DNA from: a virus
Lineage: Duplodnaviria; Caudoviricetes
Length of the DNA: 24,846 bases
IMG/VR virus record: IMGVR_UViG_3300049208_000023
Span: 1 to 24,846 of that record
Direction: 5' to 3' (one strand)
Made by a program: the position numbers and the translations under genes. The notes beneath the pieces were generated by a model. It saw only the letters and a program-made list of their open reading frames with translations, was not told where the DNA came from and ran no database searches. How positions within the stretch are numbered: position 1 is the stretch's first letter; each line of letters starts with the position of its first letter. Of this stretch, positions 1-8,203 are shown piece after piece.

Positions 1-336
1 ACCTTAGCCACTACAGCACCAGGGACTTCCCTGCTAACGCTTAGCGGCATGGCTGGCGGACAGGCAACGGCTAGGCTACAGGCTGCGTGCCTTGGCGACA
101 GTGTTGCTATTAAGGTGATCCCGAGCGACGTAACAGATTCGGCCACAAGCACAGGGCCAACCACTTGGACTGGCGGTGCCATCGCTCAGGCTGGCGGTGC
201 TTCAGGCAACGAATCGGCAAGCGGGGAAAGCCAAGTAAGAGTCGATACTTCCGGCCAGGTTCGTGTGCGAACTTATACAGCGGCGGGAAACCTTGACTAT
301 CGAATTATTGTTTTTGGCTGGAAGGAGTCGCGCTAA
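1..336 (+). CDS. C-terminal end of a probable tail fibre/virion protein (5'-truncated)
   Basis: Frame 1 is open from base 1 to TAA at 334-336. The product is Gly/Thr/Ser/Ala-rich and beta-like, ending in 'IIVFGWKESR'. It lies upstream of the lysis cassette. Confidence 0.6.
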   Translation, partial: TLATTAPGTSLLTLSGMAGGQATARLQAACLGDSVAIKVIPSDVTDSATSTGPTTWTGGAIAQAGGASGNESASGESQVRVDTSGQVRVRTYTAAGNLDYRIIVFGWKESR

Positions 337-482
337 TGTACGTTCAAAGAAACGATAACGGCGACATTGTCGGGGTCTATGCGGCTTTGCAGCCGGATAT
401 TGCTGAAGAGTTTATTGACGAATCGTCGCGCGAGCTTGCAGCATTTTACGAAAAGGCCAGCGAGGCGCATTTGAATGAATAA
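336..482 (+). CDS. 48-aa protein resembling the N-terminus of tail-fibre-associated/assembly proteins (not in ORF track)
   Basis: ATG overlaps the upstream stop (TAATG) and follows a GAAGGAG RBS. It reads MYVQRNDNGDIVGVYAALQPDIAEEFIDESSRELAAFYEKASEAHLNE and overlaps the next start. Confidence 0.65.
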   Translation: MYVQRNDNGDIVGVYAALQPDIAEEFIDESSRELAAFYEKASEAHLNE

Positions 483-1218
483 TCTAGCCAAGTTTTTCTG
501 TCTTGACGAATCAAGTGACGTGCCGGTATCAACCTCTAGCGGCCCGCTGATCACAACCAGTTCAGCATTCTTGTGGCCAGGCGTTCATCGGTTCAACGGT
601 GTGAATTATGACTGTTCGAGGCAGGGGCTTTACCGCTTCAAGGCGGCCGGAAACGCCTTTTACGTCAACAAGGTATGTTGGGCACAAAACAAGGCAGATG
701 TGGACATTTACGCCTTGATGAGCGCCATTCAGTGGAACCATGTGCATGGTGTGGCCGACAACAACTACAGCCACCAAGCCACCGCCAACGCTGGGGTATA
801 TCGTAAATGGCGTTCTCAGTGCGGCTATATTGCGGCATTCTCCGGCTGGCTGGTCAGTGTCGGCACTTTGCTTAGCTACCGAGTGGTAAATGTGAGCACG
901 GTCAGCAATTTTAATGGTTACGACGATGGTCACGTTATCCTTGAAACGTATCACTCTGACGGCTGGCGCATGTGGGATCTGACCAACGGCTGCTATTTCC
1001 GAAATTCCAGCGGCAAGCACCTGAGCACGTCTGAGTTTATCGCCCATATTGCGAGCAACGGGCCTATGCCTGAAAAAGTGAAACTTGACGGTAACGACCG
1101 GCGCTGGCAATCCGAGTCAGCAGGCTCGCTTGACCTTGGCCTGTATGGTGAATTTGAGATGGGTACACCTGAGCAGGTTGAGGCATGGTATCGCCGCATT
1201 TTTCAGTCAATCGTGTAA
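475..1218 (+). CDS. Transglutaminase-like (papain-fold Cys-His-Asp) protein
   Basis: 247 aa after a GAGG RBS. Motifs 'SQCGYIA', 'GHVILE' and 'GWRMWDLT' follow the C...GHxxxE...WxxxD pattern of the transglutaminase-like superfamily. Confidence 0.6.
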   Translation: MNNLAKFFCLDESSDVPVSTSSGPLITTSSAFLWPGVHRFNGVNYDCSRQGLYRFKAAGNAFYVNKVCWAQNKADVDIYALMSAIQWNHVHGVADNNYSHQATANAGVYRKWRSQCGYIAAFSGWLVSVGTLLSYRVVNVSTVSNFNGYDDGHVILETYHSDGWRMWDLTNGCYFRNSSGKHLSTSEFIAHIASNGPMPEKVKLDGNDRRWQSESAGSLDLGLYGEFEMGTPEQVEAWYRRIFQSIV

Positions 1219-1302
1219 GGGCGAGGCATGGCACAAGATATGATTTTCAATTTATGCGCAATGGTGGCAGTATGAAGAACAAACCACGCAATGGCGGTAG
1301 CA

Positions 1303-1977
1303 ATGAAAAACCTAAAAAACCAGCTACAGAAACTAGATCCAGCCGGCCTAATGCTCGGCTTGGTGTGCAACCGCCTCGCCAACGTCCTCGCTGACGACGA
1401 TATGGTCTGGCGACTGCATGACATAACCCTGAGCGCCTGCTTTGCCTTTGCGGCATTGTGGGCGCTTCAGCTTGTGCCTTATGCATCGCTTCGGATTAAG
1501 TGTGCTGCTGCTGTAGTGGCTGGGGCTGCTTTCGTCGATCTACTCTGCGTTGTGCTGAGCATTCCTGGCTACTGGTATTGGCTTGTGGCTCAGGTTGTCG
1601 CCGGCATTGGCCTGGCATCCTTCTATTTCCTGCGCTCATACGATCAGCCATCCGATCCTATTGATGACGCTCACTTGTTCTGCTTGCGCTCTAAGCCTGA
1701 GTCTCTGCAAGACTTCCTGATTGCCATGCTCGGGATATACGGGCCTAGCGGCGGTTACGCTATATATGCGAACGGCATCATCTACCGCTATCGTCGCGGC
1801 GAGCTTGTGGCCAAGACCTGCGCCGGCATTCCTCCTTTGCGTTATCATGTAACGCGCGGGAAGCCAATCACTGGCGCGATGATCCGTGAACTTAAATTCC
1901 TTGTCGGCTCCAAATGGAGCCTTCGCAATAACTGCCTAACAGTGCTTGGGCCACTATGGAGAAAGCACCGTGGATGA
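1303..1977 (+). CDS. Membrane protein (about 3 TM helices plus soluble C-terminal domain); start uncertain (1291/1303/1351)
   Basis: Hydrophobic stretches in the N-terminal half, then a basic soluble domain ending 'VGSKWSLRNNCLTVL'. Confidence 0.7.
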   Translation: MKNLKNQLQKLDPAGLMLGLVCNRLANVLADDDMVWRLHDITLSACFAFAALWALQLVPYASLRIKCAAAVVAGAAFVDLLCVVLSIPGYWYWLVAQVVAGIGLASFYFLRSYDQPSDPIDDAHLFCLRSKPESLQDFLIAMLGIYGPSGGYAIYANGIIYRYRRGELVAKTCAGIPPLRYHVTRGKPITGAMIRELKFLVGSKWSLRNNCLTVLGPLWRKHRG

Positions 1978-2290
1978 AGTTTTCCGGGTAGTTAAGCCGC
2001 TATTCTTGGCGCTAGCATTCTGCGGAGCGCTTATCGCCTTGTCATTCTGGCCCCCAACTACTCGGGCAAAGCTGGTAGCAAACGTGTTTATCGGCACCAT
2101 GATTTCAGCCACTACAGTGCCGGCCATCAGCGTAGTGATTGAATACTTCTTTCCTTCCTTCCCCCAGTCTATATTCATCGTCGGCCCTGCCTATTTCTGG
2201 TGCGGCCTGCTCGGCATGAAACTTGTCCCGGTAGCGGCCCGCATCGTTGACCGCCTCAAAGGCGTTAAAATCCCAGGGGTGGAAGAATGA
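1970..2290 (+). CDS. Putative holin (3 TM, class I-like)
   Basis: GTG at 1970 after GGAG. Three hydrophobic segments and a charged C-tail (RLKGVKIPGVEE). Sits in the lysis cassette. Confidence 0.65.
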   Translation: MDEVFRVVKPLFLALAFCGALIALSFWPPTTRAKLVANVFIGTMISATTVPAISVVIEYFFPSFPQSIFIVGPAYFWCGLLGMKLVPVAARIVDRLKGVKIPGVEE

Positions 2291-2547
2291 ACCCTCTTAT
2301 CCTCTTTCCGGTATTGATCGCGGCACTGTACGCCCTGATGGCTACTGTGTGCATATGCGGGCGCATGGATCGAGCAACAAAGTGGTGGGTGAGGGTTCCT
2401 ATTGTACTGCTGGCGTTCCTGTCGTTTCTGGCCGTCGCCCGCACCATTTGGGGTGAGTGGCAATTCAGTATCCCTGACTTTGGCTTGGCCGCTGCCGTGA
2501 TGGTTGGGGCGGTCATTCTTGCGCGGCTTCCGAGGATTAGAACATGA
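2287..2547 (+). CDS. Second small 3-TM membrane protein (holin/antiholin candidate)
   Basis: 86 aa with three hydrophobic helices. ATGA overlaps with both neighbours. Lies immediately before the endolysin. Confidence 0.6.
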   Translation: MNPLILFPVLIAALYALMATVCICGRMDRATKWWVRVPIVLLAFLSFLAVARTIWGEWQFSIPDFGLAAAVMVGAVILARLPRIRT

Positions 2548-2927
2548 GCTACAAGCTATCGCGTAAAAGCCTTGAGCGCATGCAAGGCGTGCACCCCGAT
2601 CTAGTAAAGGTTGTGTTGCTCGCCATCCAGTTGACCGAGGTTGATTTCGGCGTAACAGAAGGCGTGCGCACCATTGAAAAGCAGCGCGAGTACGTTGCCA
2701 AGGGCGCAAGTAAAACCATGAATAGTCGGCACCTTACCGGGCATGCGGTTGACCTTGTTGCGTATATCGGCAGTGATGTTAATTGGAGCTGGCCCTTGTA
2801 TCACAAGATCGCCGGCGCAATGAAGCGCGCGGCCAATTCGCTTAATGTGCCTATCATCTGGGGCGGGGACTGGAAATCCTTTAAGGACGGCCCTCACTTT
2901 GAGCTAGACCGCAAGGATTACCCTTGA
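2544..2927 (+). CDS. Endolysin, peptidase M15 family (L-Ala-D-Glu peptidase-like)
   Basis: Motifs 'EGVRT', 'SRHLTGHAVD', 'WGGDW' and 'DGPHFEL' supply the Zn ligands typical of T5-like M15 endolysins. Confidence 0.95.
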   Translation: MSYKLSRKSLERMQGVHPDLVKVVLLAIQLTEVDFGVTEGVRTIEKQREYVAKGASKTMNSRHLTGHAVDLVAYIGSDVNWSWPLYHKIAGAMKRAANSLNVPIIWGGDWKSFKDGPHFELDRKDYP

Positions 2928-2928
2928 T

Positions 2929-3408
2929 ATGCCTTGGCTAAAGATCGTGCCGCTATGGGTCTGGATTGCGCTTGTAGGCGCTATTGCCGTAGGCGCTCAG
3001 CAGCTACGCATTGCATCGCTACAGGCTGATATGGCTAAGCAGTCTCAGATGTACGCAGAGCGATCAGCAGAGCAGGCCGCTAAAGCGCTATCAGAGCAAG
3101 AAGCGATGGCCAGCGATATGGCCAATGCCGACATGAAAGCAATTGAGGTAATCAACAATGCTAAGCAAGAAGCTGAAAAGCTGCGTGATTGTGTTGATCG
3201 CGGCACTGGCTGTGGGTTGCGCATCAAAACCGTTACCCGTAACGTGCCCTCAGCCTGCTCCCCTGCCGGCGTGGGTGATACAGGAAGCGAGTGGGCCGAG
3301 CTTGATCCAGGCGTTAGACGGCATTATTTCTATCTGCGAGAAAGACTGCCAGTAGTACAGGAAGCGCTGCGCCTGTGTGTCAGTCAGTATCCGCGCACAA
3401 ATCCCTAG
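2929..3408 (+). CDS. Rz: i-spanin (Rz-like)
   Basis: N-terminal TM helix, Ala/Gln-rich coiled coil and 'GLRIK' motif. Follows the endolysin and contains a nested lipoprotein ORF. Confidence 0.85.
   Translation: MPWLKIVPLWVWIALVGAIAVGAQQLRIASLQADMAKQSQMYAERSAEQAAKALSEQEAMASDMANADMKAIEVINNAKQEAEKLRDCVDRGTGCGLRIKTVTRNVPSACSPAGVGDTGSEWAELDPGVRRHYFYLRERLPVVQEALRLCVSQYPRTNP
3158..3355 (+). CDS. Rz1: o-spanin (Rz1-like lipoprotein) embedded in Rz
   Basis: Signal peptide with lipobox 'LAVGC' and a Pro-rich mature part (CPQPAPLPAW). Lies in an alternate frame inside Rz, with GAGG upstream. Confidence 0.85.
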   Translation: MLSKKLKSCVIVLIAALAVGCASKPLPVTCPQPAPLPAWVIQEASGPSLIQALDGIISICEKDCQ

Positions 3409-3583
3409 CCCGAACAAACGTCTTCAAGTCGCTGCCTATTCCATGGCTGAGCTGAATCATCGGGCAAACATGCTCAAACACAACCGGCTCGCGCTTCGCC
3501 TCAGCAATAACTGGGGCGGCAAGCGCGAAGCACAGCCACAGTAGGCTGAATAACATTGTCCAGCCGGCTATCAAGTTCGCCAT
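3380..3583 (-). CDS. Small exported/membrane hypothetical protein
   Basis: MANLIAGWTMLFSLLWLCFALAAPVIAEA has a signal-peptide-like N-terminus. It is the last gene of the leftward arm and overlaps the Rz 3' end. Confidence 0.55.
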   Translation of the reverse strand: MANLIAGWTMLFSLLWLCFALAAPVIAEAKREPVVFEHVCPMIQLSHGIGSDLKTFVRARDLCADTD

Positions 3584-3744
3584 GGATTCACCCCTAGCGC
3601 TACAGCCTGATTGACAGCGCCGCGCAGCTTGTTGTGGTCTAGCCTCAGCTCCCGAGCGATCACTTTCCATCGAATCCCGTATTCCTGGCGCAGCTCATAC
3701 GCAAACGCCAATTGATCGACTGGTATTGATCTTGGCCTACCCAT
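3571..3744 (-). CDS. Small helix-turn-helix DNA-binding protein
   Basis: MGRPRSI...LRQEYGIRWKVIARELRLDHNKLRGAV has a GRPR arm plus an HTH-like pattern. GGAGG RBS. Confidence 0.6.
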   Translation of the reverse strand: MGRPRSIPVDQLAFAYELRQEYGIRWKVIARELRLDHNKLRGAVNQAVALGVNPWRT

Positions 3745-3913
3745 TCTCAGGCCTCCTATCACTTCGATTACAGCCTACCAACGGCCTCTGCTTATCATCC
3801 AATGGCCATGCCTGCTCAAGGCCGCAGCCTGTGCAAACTCGCATGTAAAGGCTTCGCAGGTCGGACATAGGCGACTTGCAATCAGGGCAAGGTTTGCCGG
3901 TTGCGTCGGTCAT
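3737..3913 (-). CDS. Zinc-ribbon protein
   Basis: CPDC...CTGC motifs. ATGA overlap with the upstream gene. Confidence 0.65.
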   Translation of the reverse strand: MTDATGKPCPDCKSPMSDLRSLYMRVCTGCGLEQAWPLDDKQRPLVGCNRSDRRPENG

Positions 3914-4278
3914 GGCTTGTCGCTCAGGGCTGCGTCGATGCGCGCAATCAACTCGTCTAAGCTCGGCCAATCCGATTCGACCTCATGTGCTATTACTTTT
4001 CGACAGCGGGTAAGAAGATCGCGCAACCCATCTACCTGCTTTAGCGCGGCGTCCCTTTCTGCAATAAGCTGGTCAAGGGTGCCAATCTTTGCGAAGAAGC
4101 CCGCAGCTCCTATCTCGCCTATGTGTTCCAAGCGCGCTGTATTTTCGTCTCGCAGCTCGGCGCACTCTTGCTCTAGGCGTTCGTAGTCGGCGTGCTCGAC
4201 ATAGCGGCCAGACTCATGCCCAAGAAGCGCCTTGTGGCCAAAGCCAATTACGGCATAACGCTTGACTTGCTCGGTCAT
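3910..4278 (-). CDS. Phage accessory hypothetical protein
   Basis: 122 aa. 'GRYVEHADYERL' and a coiled coil ending 'RIDAALS' are typical of phage early accessory proteins. Coupled overlaps. Confidence 0.75.
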   Translation of the reverse strand: MTEQVKRYAVIGFGHKALLGHESGRYVEHADYERLEQECAELRDENTARLEHIGEIGAAGFFAKIGTLDQLIAERDAALKQVDGLRDLLTRCRKVIAHEVESDWPSLDELIARIDAALSDKP

Positions 4279-4688
4279 GGCTTTTGCTCCAGCAGGGCGC
4301 GGAGTTCGTTGATTGCGTGACCCTGCTCCTGCACGAATCCGTTTGCGATGCGTTCCAGAAGTTCGCGCGTCACGCCGTCCGCCACTTTGTCGGCTGGGTG
4401 GGTGTAGAGCGGTTTAATCATTAGGGTCGGGTCGCCTACAGCCCATGCGGGGTACTCAACGTATACCGCAGGAAGCGCTCCGGCCGTAGTTACCTGCCAC
4501 GCAACAGCCTCGCCCCCTTGGCTGGGCTGGGCGCGGATCTTTTCGGCGTAACGGTGCAGCGCCTCAATGTCACTCTTTGCGTCTTGCAGTGCGTACATGA
4601 CCGCTGCCGGTGACTGCTGCGCCATAGATTTTGGGTCTGATTTGAGCCACCGCTCACGGGTGCGCTGTAGTTTCAGTTCTTTGTCCAT
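4275..4688 (-). CDS. Phage accessory protein (modular, 'EAVAWQ...PLYTHP' type)
   Basis: 137 aa containing the AVAW...PLYTHP module common in lambdoid accessory genes. Confidence 0.75.
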   Translation of the reverse strand: MDKELKLQRTRERWLKSDPKSMAQQSPAAVMYALQDAKSDIEALHRYAEKIRAQPSQGGEAVAWQVTTAGALPAVYVEYPAWAVGDPTLMIKPLYTHPADKVADGVTRELLERIANGFVQEQGHAINELRALLEQKP

Positions 4689-4689
4689 G

Positions 4690-4866
4690 TCAGCTACTCC
4701 GCTGCTGGTTGGTCAGAAGCTCTATCGCTTCACGCAATGCGTCCTCGTCGCGCCGTAGCTGGCCACGAACAGCGCTGGCGTTTGGGTTATCGCGCTTTGA
4801 TGCGGCTCTGGCGTGTTCGGTGCGCGCTAGGATTTCTTTCAGGCGCTGCACAGTTCGGCGGCTCAT
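4690..4866 (-). CDS. 58-aa hypothetical protein (not in ORF track)
   Basis: MSRRTVQRLKEILARTEHARAASKRDNPNASAVRGQLRRDEDALREAIELLTNQQRSS. ATGA overlap with the upstream stop; fills the gap exactly. Confidence 0.7.
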   Translation of the reverse strand: MSRRTVQRLKEILARTEHARAASKRDNPNASAVRGQLRRDEDALREAIELLTNQQRSS

Positions 4867-5726
4867 ACATCACCGCCCTGACTGACTGCTGACGGGGCGG
4901 CGGCGAGCATGGCAGCCTGAACAGTTTCTACCGCCTCATGGTTTACGCCTGATCCGTCTGCTACTGGTTCGAAAAGCTCAACTTTTGCAACGGCGTATCG
5001 CTCGCCTTTGGTAAAGCCGAAAGCCCCGTGCAGATAGAAGGCCCGATTTGCACCAGCTCGATCTGAATGCATGCCATCGGTAAGCGTCGGGTTTCCATAT
5101 TGATCCAGTTCGGCAAGCCACCATTGCACCTGCTCACCATGGCTAGGCGCTGAGACCTCTAGATAGTCACTTACTCCTGTACGCCGCCGACTGCCTGAGT
5201 ACTCGTTTCTGATATTTTTGATAGTGTCTCCAAGGTATTGAAGGGTGTCCTTCAATTCATCTTCCGCATTAACGTGAAATACGACCTTATCCCAGAACCA
5301 TACAAGGCCAGGAAGAATACCTAGGCGCTCGGCTTTTCTAGCCATTACGGCCATCTTTGCTCGGCTATGAGCAGGGATACCATGCGCGTCAATAAAACGG
5401 GTGAAATCAGATAGAGAATCCGCGCGAGGCTTACCAGCGCTGACATGGGTTGAGTTGAGGTCACGAAGGTGCAGCCAGACCTTGAACATATTGGATGGCT
5501 GCTCAACGTGGTATCCGGACGAAGTGCTGGCTTTGTTGTCGCGCAACATTGCTTTATAGCCAGGGAATGCCGCCTCGAATTCTCCTTTCTCGGCTTCAAT
5601 TTCACCGGCGCGAATAACCGGCCGCCCCTCCGTATCCTCGTACTTGGCCAGGCGGGCGCGCAGGCGCTCAACTTCTTCAACTGCAAATTCGCCGACTGCT
5701 TTTGGTAATTCGATTCCGTTACTCAT
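4863..5726 (-). CDS. Mosaic phage accessory protein (287 aa)
   Basis: Start MSNGIELP follows GGAG. Ends with the recurrent phage linker 'AAMLAAAPSAVSQGG'. Confidence 0.75.
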   Translation of the reverse strand: MSNGIELPKAVGEFAVEEVERLRARLAKYEDTEGRPVIRAGEIEAEKGEFEAAFPGYKAMLRDNKASTSSGYHVEQPSNMFKVWLHLRDLNSTHVSAGKPRADSLSDFTRFIDAHGIPAHSRAKMAVMARKAERLGILPGLVWFWDKVVFHVNAEDELKDTLQYLGDTIKNIRNEYSGSRRRTGVSDYLEVSAPSHGEQVQWWLAELDQYGNPTLTDGMHSDRAGANRAFYLHGAFGFTKGERYAVAKVELFEPVADGSGVNHEAVETVQAAMLAAAPSAVSQGGDV

Positions 5727-5754
5727 TTTTCTCTCCGGTTTATTTTTGGAGCCG

Positions 5755-6138
5755 CTATTCTTCTTGCGCCTCAGCAATGTCGTCAGGATGCTTGCCGTAT
5801 AGCCGCGCGATTGGCTCGCGTAGTGATTGGCGGATTGCAGAGAGCTCGCCCTGCAAGTGGGCAATGCGCGCCACATGCTCAGGCTCGCATTCATCATGCA
5901 TGCGCCGCGCAGTTTCGTATGTTTCGTCAGTCACATAACCGAGGTCGCCATAGCCGCCAAGGCTATAGCCAATCAGCTGCGCGAACTGCTCTCGGTCGTT
6001 TTGGCTGAAGTCCATTCGCGCCAAGTCATTAAGACCGATTCCGCCATGATCTAGCAAGTGGCGAATAATGGCGTTTGCCTTGAATCGCAGCGTTCCATTG
6101 CAATCCAGTTCCGGTGGCTGAATCGGATGCTTACTCAT
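5755..6138 (-). CDS. Phage hypothetical protein
   Basis: MSKHPIQP...LRFKANAII...EQFAQLIGYSLGGY. Overlaps the upstream stop. Confidence 0.75.
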   Translation of the reverse strand: MSKHPIQPPELDCNGTLRFKANAIIRHLLDHGGIGLNDLARMDFSQNDREQFAQLIGYSLGGYGDLGYVTDETYETARRMHDECEPEHVARIAHLQGELSAIRQSLREPIARLYGKHPDDIAEAQEE

Positions 6139-6334
6139 CTTCAACTCCCATCACGCGACCTGAGACAGTCGCAGTAGCTTTCAATTCACTTAACAGTAGC
6201 GCTGCATGCGCGTCTGACGTTGCGTAGAAGTACCCGCCTAGCTGACCGTCTGGCGTTTCGTAATCGATGCTGTAGAGATACCACCACCGGCCTTTTACGA
6301 ATGACTTGATAGGCAGGGTTAGTTCGTCGTTCAC
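6131..6334 (-). CDS. Hypothetical protein
   Basis: GTG start overlaps the upstream TGA (GTGA), with GGAG RBS. Aromatic-rich 'WWYLYSIDYETPDG...YFYATSDAHA'. Confidence 0.65.
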   Translation of the reverse strand: MNDELTLPIKSFVKGRWWYLYSIDYETPDGQLGGYFYATSDAHAALLLSELKATATVSGRVMGVEDE

Positions 6335-6528
6335 GGCATTCTGCGCCAATTTTCCGGGTTATCCAGATCGCTGCGCTTAACCTCTTTCGATCCGCGCCCG
6401 ATGCTTTCAAGGCTGACCACGCCGGCCACTTCAAACATAAACCGATAGATGACACCGCTATGCAGATGCTGATAACGGGCGACCTGCTCATTGATTCGCT
6501 TAACTGTCGGGCTTTCCTGCATGCTCAT
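6331..6528 (-). CDS. Hypothetical protein
   Basis: 65 aa, coupled by an ATGA overlap. Confidence 0.65.
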   Translation of the reverse strand: MSMQESPTVKRINEQVARYQHLHSGVIYRFMFEVAGVVSLESIGRGSKEVKRSDLDNPENWRRMP

Positions 6529-6707
6529 GGCTTTTCACCTCGCATAATCAACTGATCGTCCACGGCTTCGATTTGCTTGCGCAGATTCAGAATCGTCTGC
6601 TCGGCTCGGGCCTTGGTGTATCGGTCGTATTTATTCAGCCGGCCAATGAGTAGGCGGACGCTGTTCTGCATGTGAATGCGATGCATCTTTAGCTGTTCGG
6701 TATCCAT
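6525..6707 (-). CDS. Hypothetical helical protein
   Basis: 60 aa with GGAG RBS, tightly packed. Confidence 0.65.
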   Translation of the reverse strand: MDTEQLKMHRIHMQNSVRLLIGRLNKYDRYTKARAEQTILNLRKQIEAVDDQLIMRGEKP

Positions 6708-6709
6708 GT

Positions 6710-7084
6710 TTAATCTCCACCCATCATGTCATCGCCAAAGCACTGACCGTTGCATTCGTAAATGCCGCACTCAGGGCAAGGCTTATCGTCGCTAGGTTCT
6801 GAAATCGCAGAGCGCATCAAATCAAAATGCACGCTGCTAACGTGATTGTTAAGCGCCTGCTTTGTTTTGAATACGCGCCTAGCCTTTGCGCCTTCGCAGT
6901 GCTGGCAGCATATCGGCGGCGCAACATATGGCGCAGGCGGCGCAGGAAGAGCAGCACGAATACGCTGAATCAATTCGCGAGCCTCACGGTCTGCGTCACA
7001 CTGCGAGTAATACGGCTCCATCATGCCGATAAGGCTTTCCATTTCATCAACTGCTTCTTGCAGCAGTTCAAGATGTTCGCCCAT
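6710..7084 (-). CDS. Zinc-finger protein (C2H2-like plus Cys-rich tail)
   Basis: CQHC...FKTKQALNNHVSSVH (C2H2-like) and C-terminal CPEC...C...C. ATG overlaps the upstream TGA. Confidence 0.7.
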   Translation of the reverse strand: MGEHLELLQEAVDEMESLIGMMEPYYSQCDADREARELIQRIRAALPAPPAPYVAPPICCQHCEGAKARRVFKTKQALNNHVSSVHFDLMRSAISEPSDDKPCPECGIYECNGQCFGDDMMGGD

Positions 7085-7197
7085 CACTTGCACTCCCGCA
7101 GCGTTTTACCCGGAAACGCCGCCAAAAAATCAGCAACAGTAACAACGCCCTGCGCCTGCATGGCGGCGATGAATTCTTGGGTGCTTGAGAATTTCAT
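7084..7197 (-). CDS. 37-aa hypothetical protein (not in ORF track)
   Basis: MKFSSTQEFIAAMQAQGVVTVADFLAAFPGKTLRECK. ATGA and TGATG overlaps on both sides, with GGAG RBS. Confidence 0.6.
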   Translation of the reverse strand: MKFSSTQEFIAAMQAQGVVTVADFLAAFPGKTLRECK

Positions 7198-7430
7198 TGT
7201 GCTTTCTCCCAGTAACCTTTGCGCCAAAACATATGCCACCACGGTGAAGACCATACCCACTTAGCGGATACCCATTCGCGGTTGTAGCTTTCAGCGCCAC
7301 AGCCCGGACATGGATTTGCAGGGTGGAAATCTTCATACAGCGAGATTCGATTGCACTTCAAGCAGCGGCCAACGCTGTCGTAACTGTCAGCCTGATAGCC
7401 ATGGTATTTAGGCGGGACGTGGTGGCTCAT
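7194..7430 (-). CDS. Zinc-ribbon, Trp-rich hypothetical protein
   Basis: CLKC...CPGC motifs and a Trp-rich C-terminus. ATGA overlap. Confidence 0.7.
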   Translation of the reverse strand: MSHHVPPKYHGYQADSYDSVGRCLKCNRISLYEDFHPANPCPGCGAESYNREWVSAKWVWSSPWWHMFWRKGYWEKAQ

Positions 7431-7939
7431 GCCTTCTTCCCCTGAATAATGTACTGAGCCATCTGGCCAGCGACGATGTGCGAAATCTCGCGCGCCCAGT
7501 CTTCTGTCCGCATCTTCTGCATGCCTTGCAGCGATACCGCATAAGCTACTTGCCCGTCAGGAAGGCGCAAGCGAAGGTGCATTTCTTGGCGCAGCTCATC
7601 AATTACATGACCCATGCTGACAACTTCAAGGTAGTCCATGGCGATGGATAGCATCGCTGCCATTTCGTTATTGCCGGCCATGTACTTAAGATCATCGACA
7701 AGCGCGGCGCGAGGCATGCCATAGCGACGCTCAAGCGTCCTGACGTGATTCTCGATAGGCGGCAGGCCAATGAAGTGCTTGCCAAGCGTGCGTGCAACAT
7801 GGTCTAGCGCATCACGCATAGGCGCAGTGCTATTGATGGCAATTCGCATTCTTTTTTCCATCGCTGCATTGTCTTGCTGGGCTTTCATCAGCTCAGCCTT
7901 CAATGCGCGTTTCTGGTTACGGCCGAATCGCTTGCTCAT
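7427..7939 (-). CDS. Phage hypothetical protein ('MSKRFGRNQKR' type)
   Basis: 170-aa ORF coupled to its neighbours. Confidence 0.75.
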   Translation of the reverse strand: MSKRFGRNQKRALKAELMKAQQDNAAMEKRMRIAINSTAPMRDALDHVARTLGKHFIGLPPIENHVRTLERRYGMPRAALVDDLKYMAGNNEMAAMLSIAMDYLEVVSMGHVIDELRQEMHLRLRLPDGQVAYAVSLQGMQKMRTEDWAREISHIVAGQMAQYIIQGKKA

Positions 7940-8172
7940 TGGCTCGCCCTCAGCGCCTTCAACACTTTGTCGGTGACGTTCTGGTCGCCAGCATAGAAGC
8001 GGAATGCGCCAGGCTTGTTGCGCTGATGAATGACAGTAAGCAGATGCTTGCCGCTGGCCGTTTCGACTTCAGTGCGACTGATACATGCCTTGCTTTCGAT
8101 TGCACGCCACATGGCTGCTTCGATGCTCCAGGCGGTGCGCGGGTGGCTCAAGTTTGATGCATTCATATTCAT
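7936..8172 (-). CDS. Hypothetical protein
   Basis: 78 aa. First gene after the predicted promoter at 8204-8232. Confidence 0.65.
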   Translation of the reverse strand: MNMNASNLSHPRTAWSIEAAMWRAIESKACISRTEVETASGKHLLTVIHQRNKPGAFRFYAGDQNVTDKVLKALRASQ

Positions 8173-8203
8173 TTGCTAGCCCTATTTCGTGTGCGTTTCG
8201 ATA

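Noticed and set aside
4863-5897. 344-aa version of the ORF, and similar 5' extensions (9888, 10228, 12013, 12884, 15381, 20581, 23080)
   Set aside because: The extensions overlap upstream genes or promoters. Downstream starts with clear RBSs were used instead.
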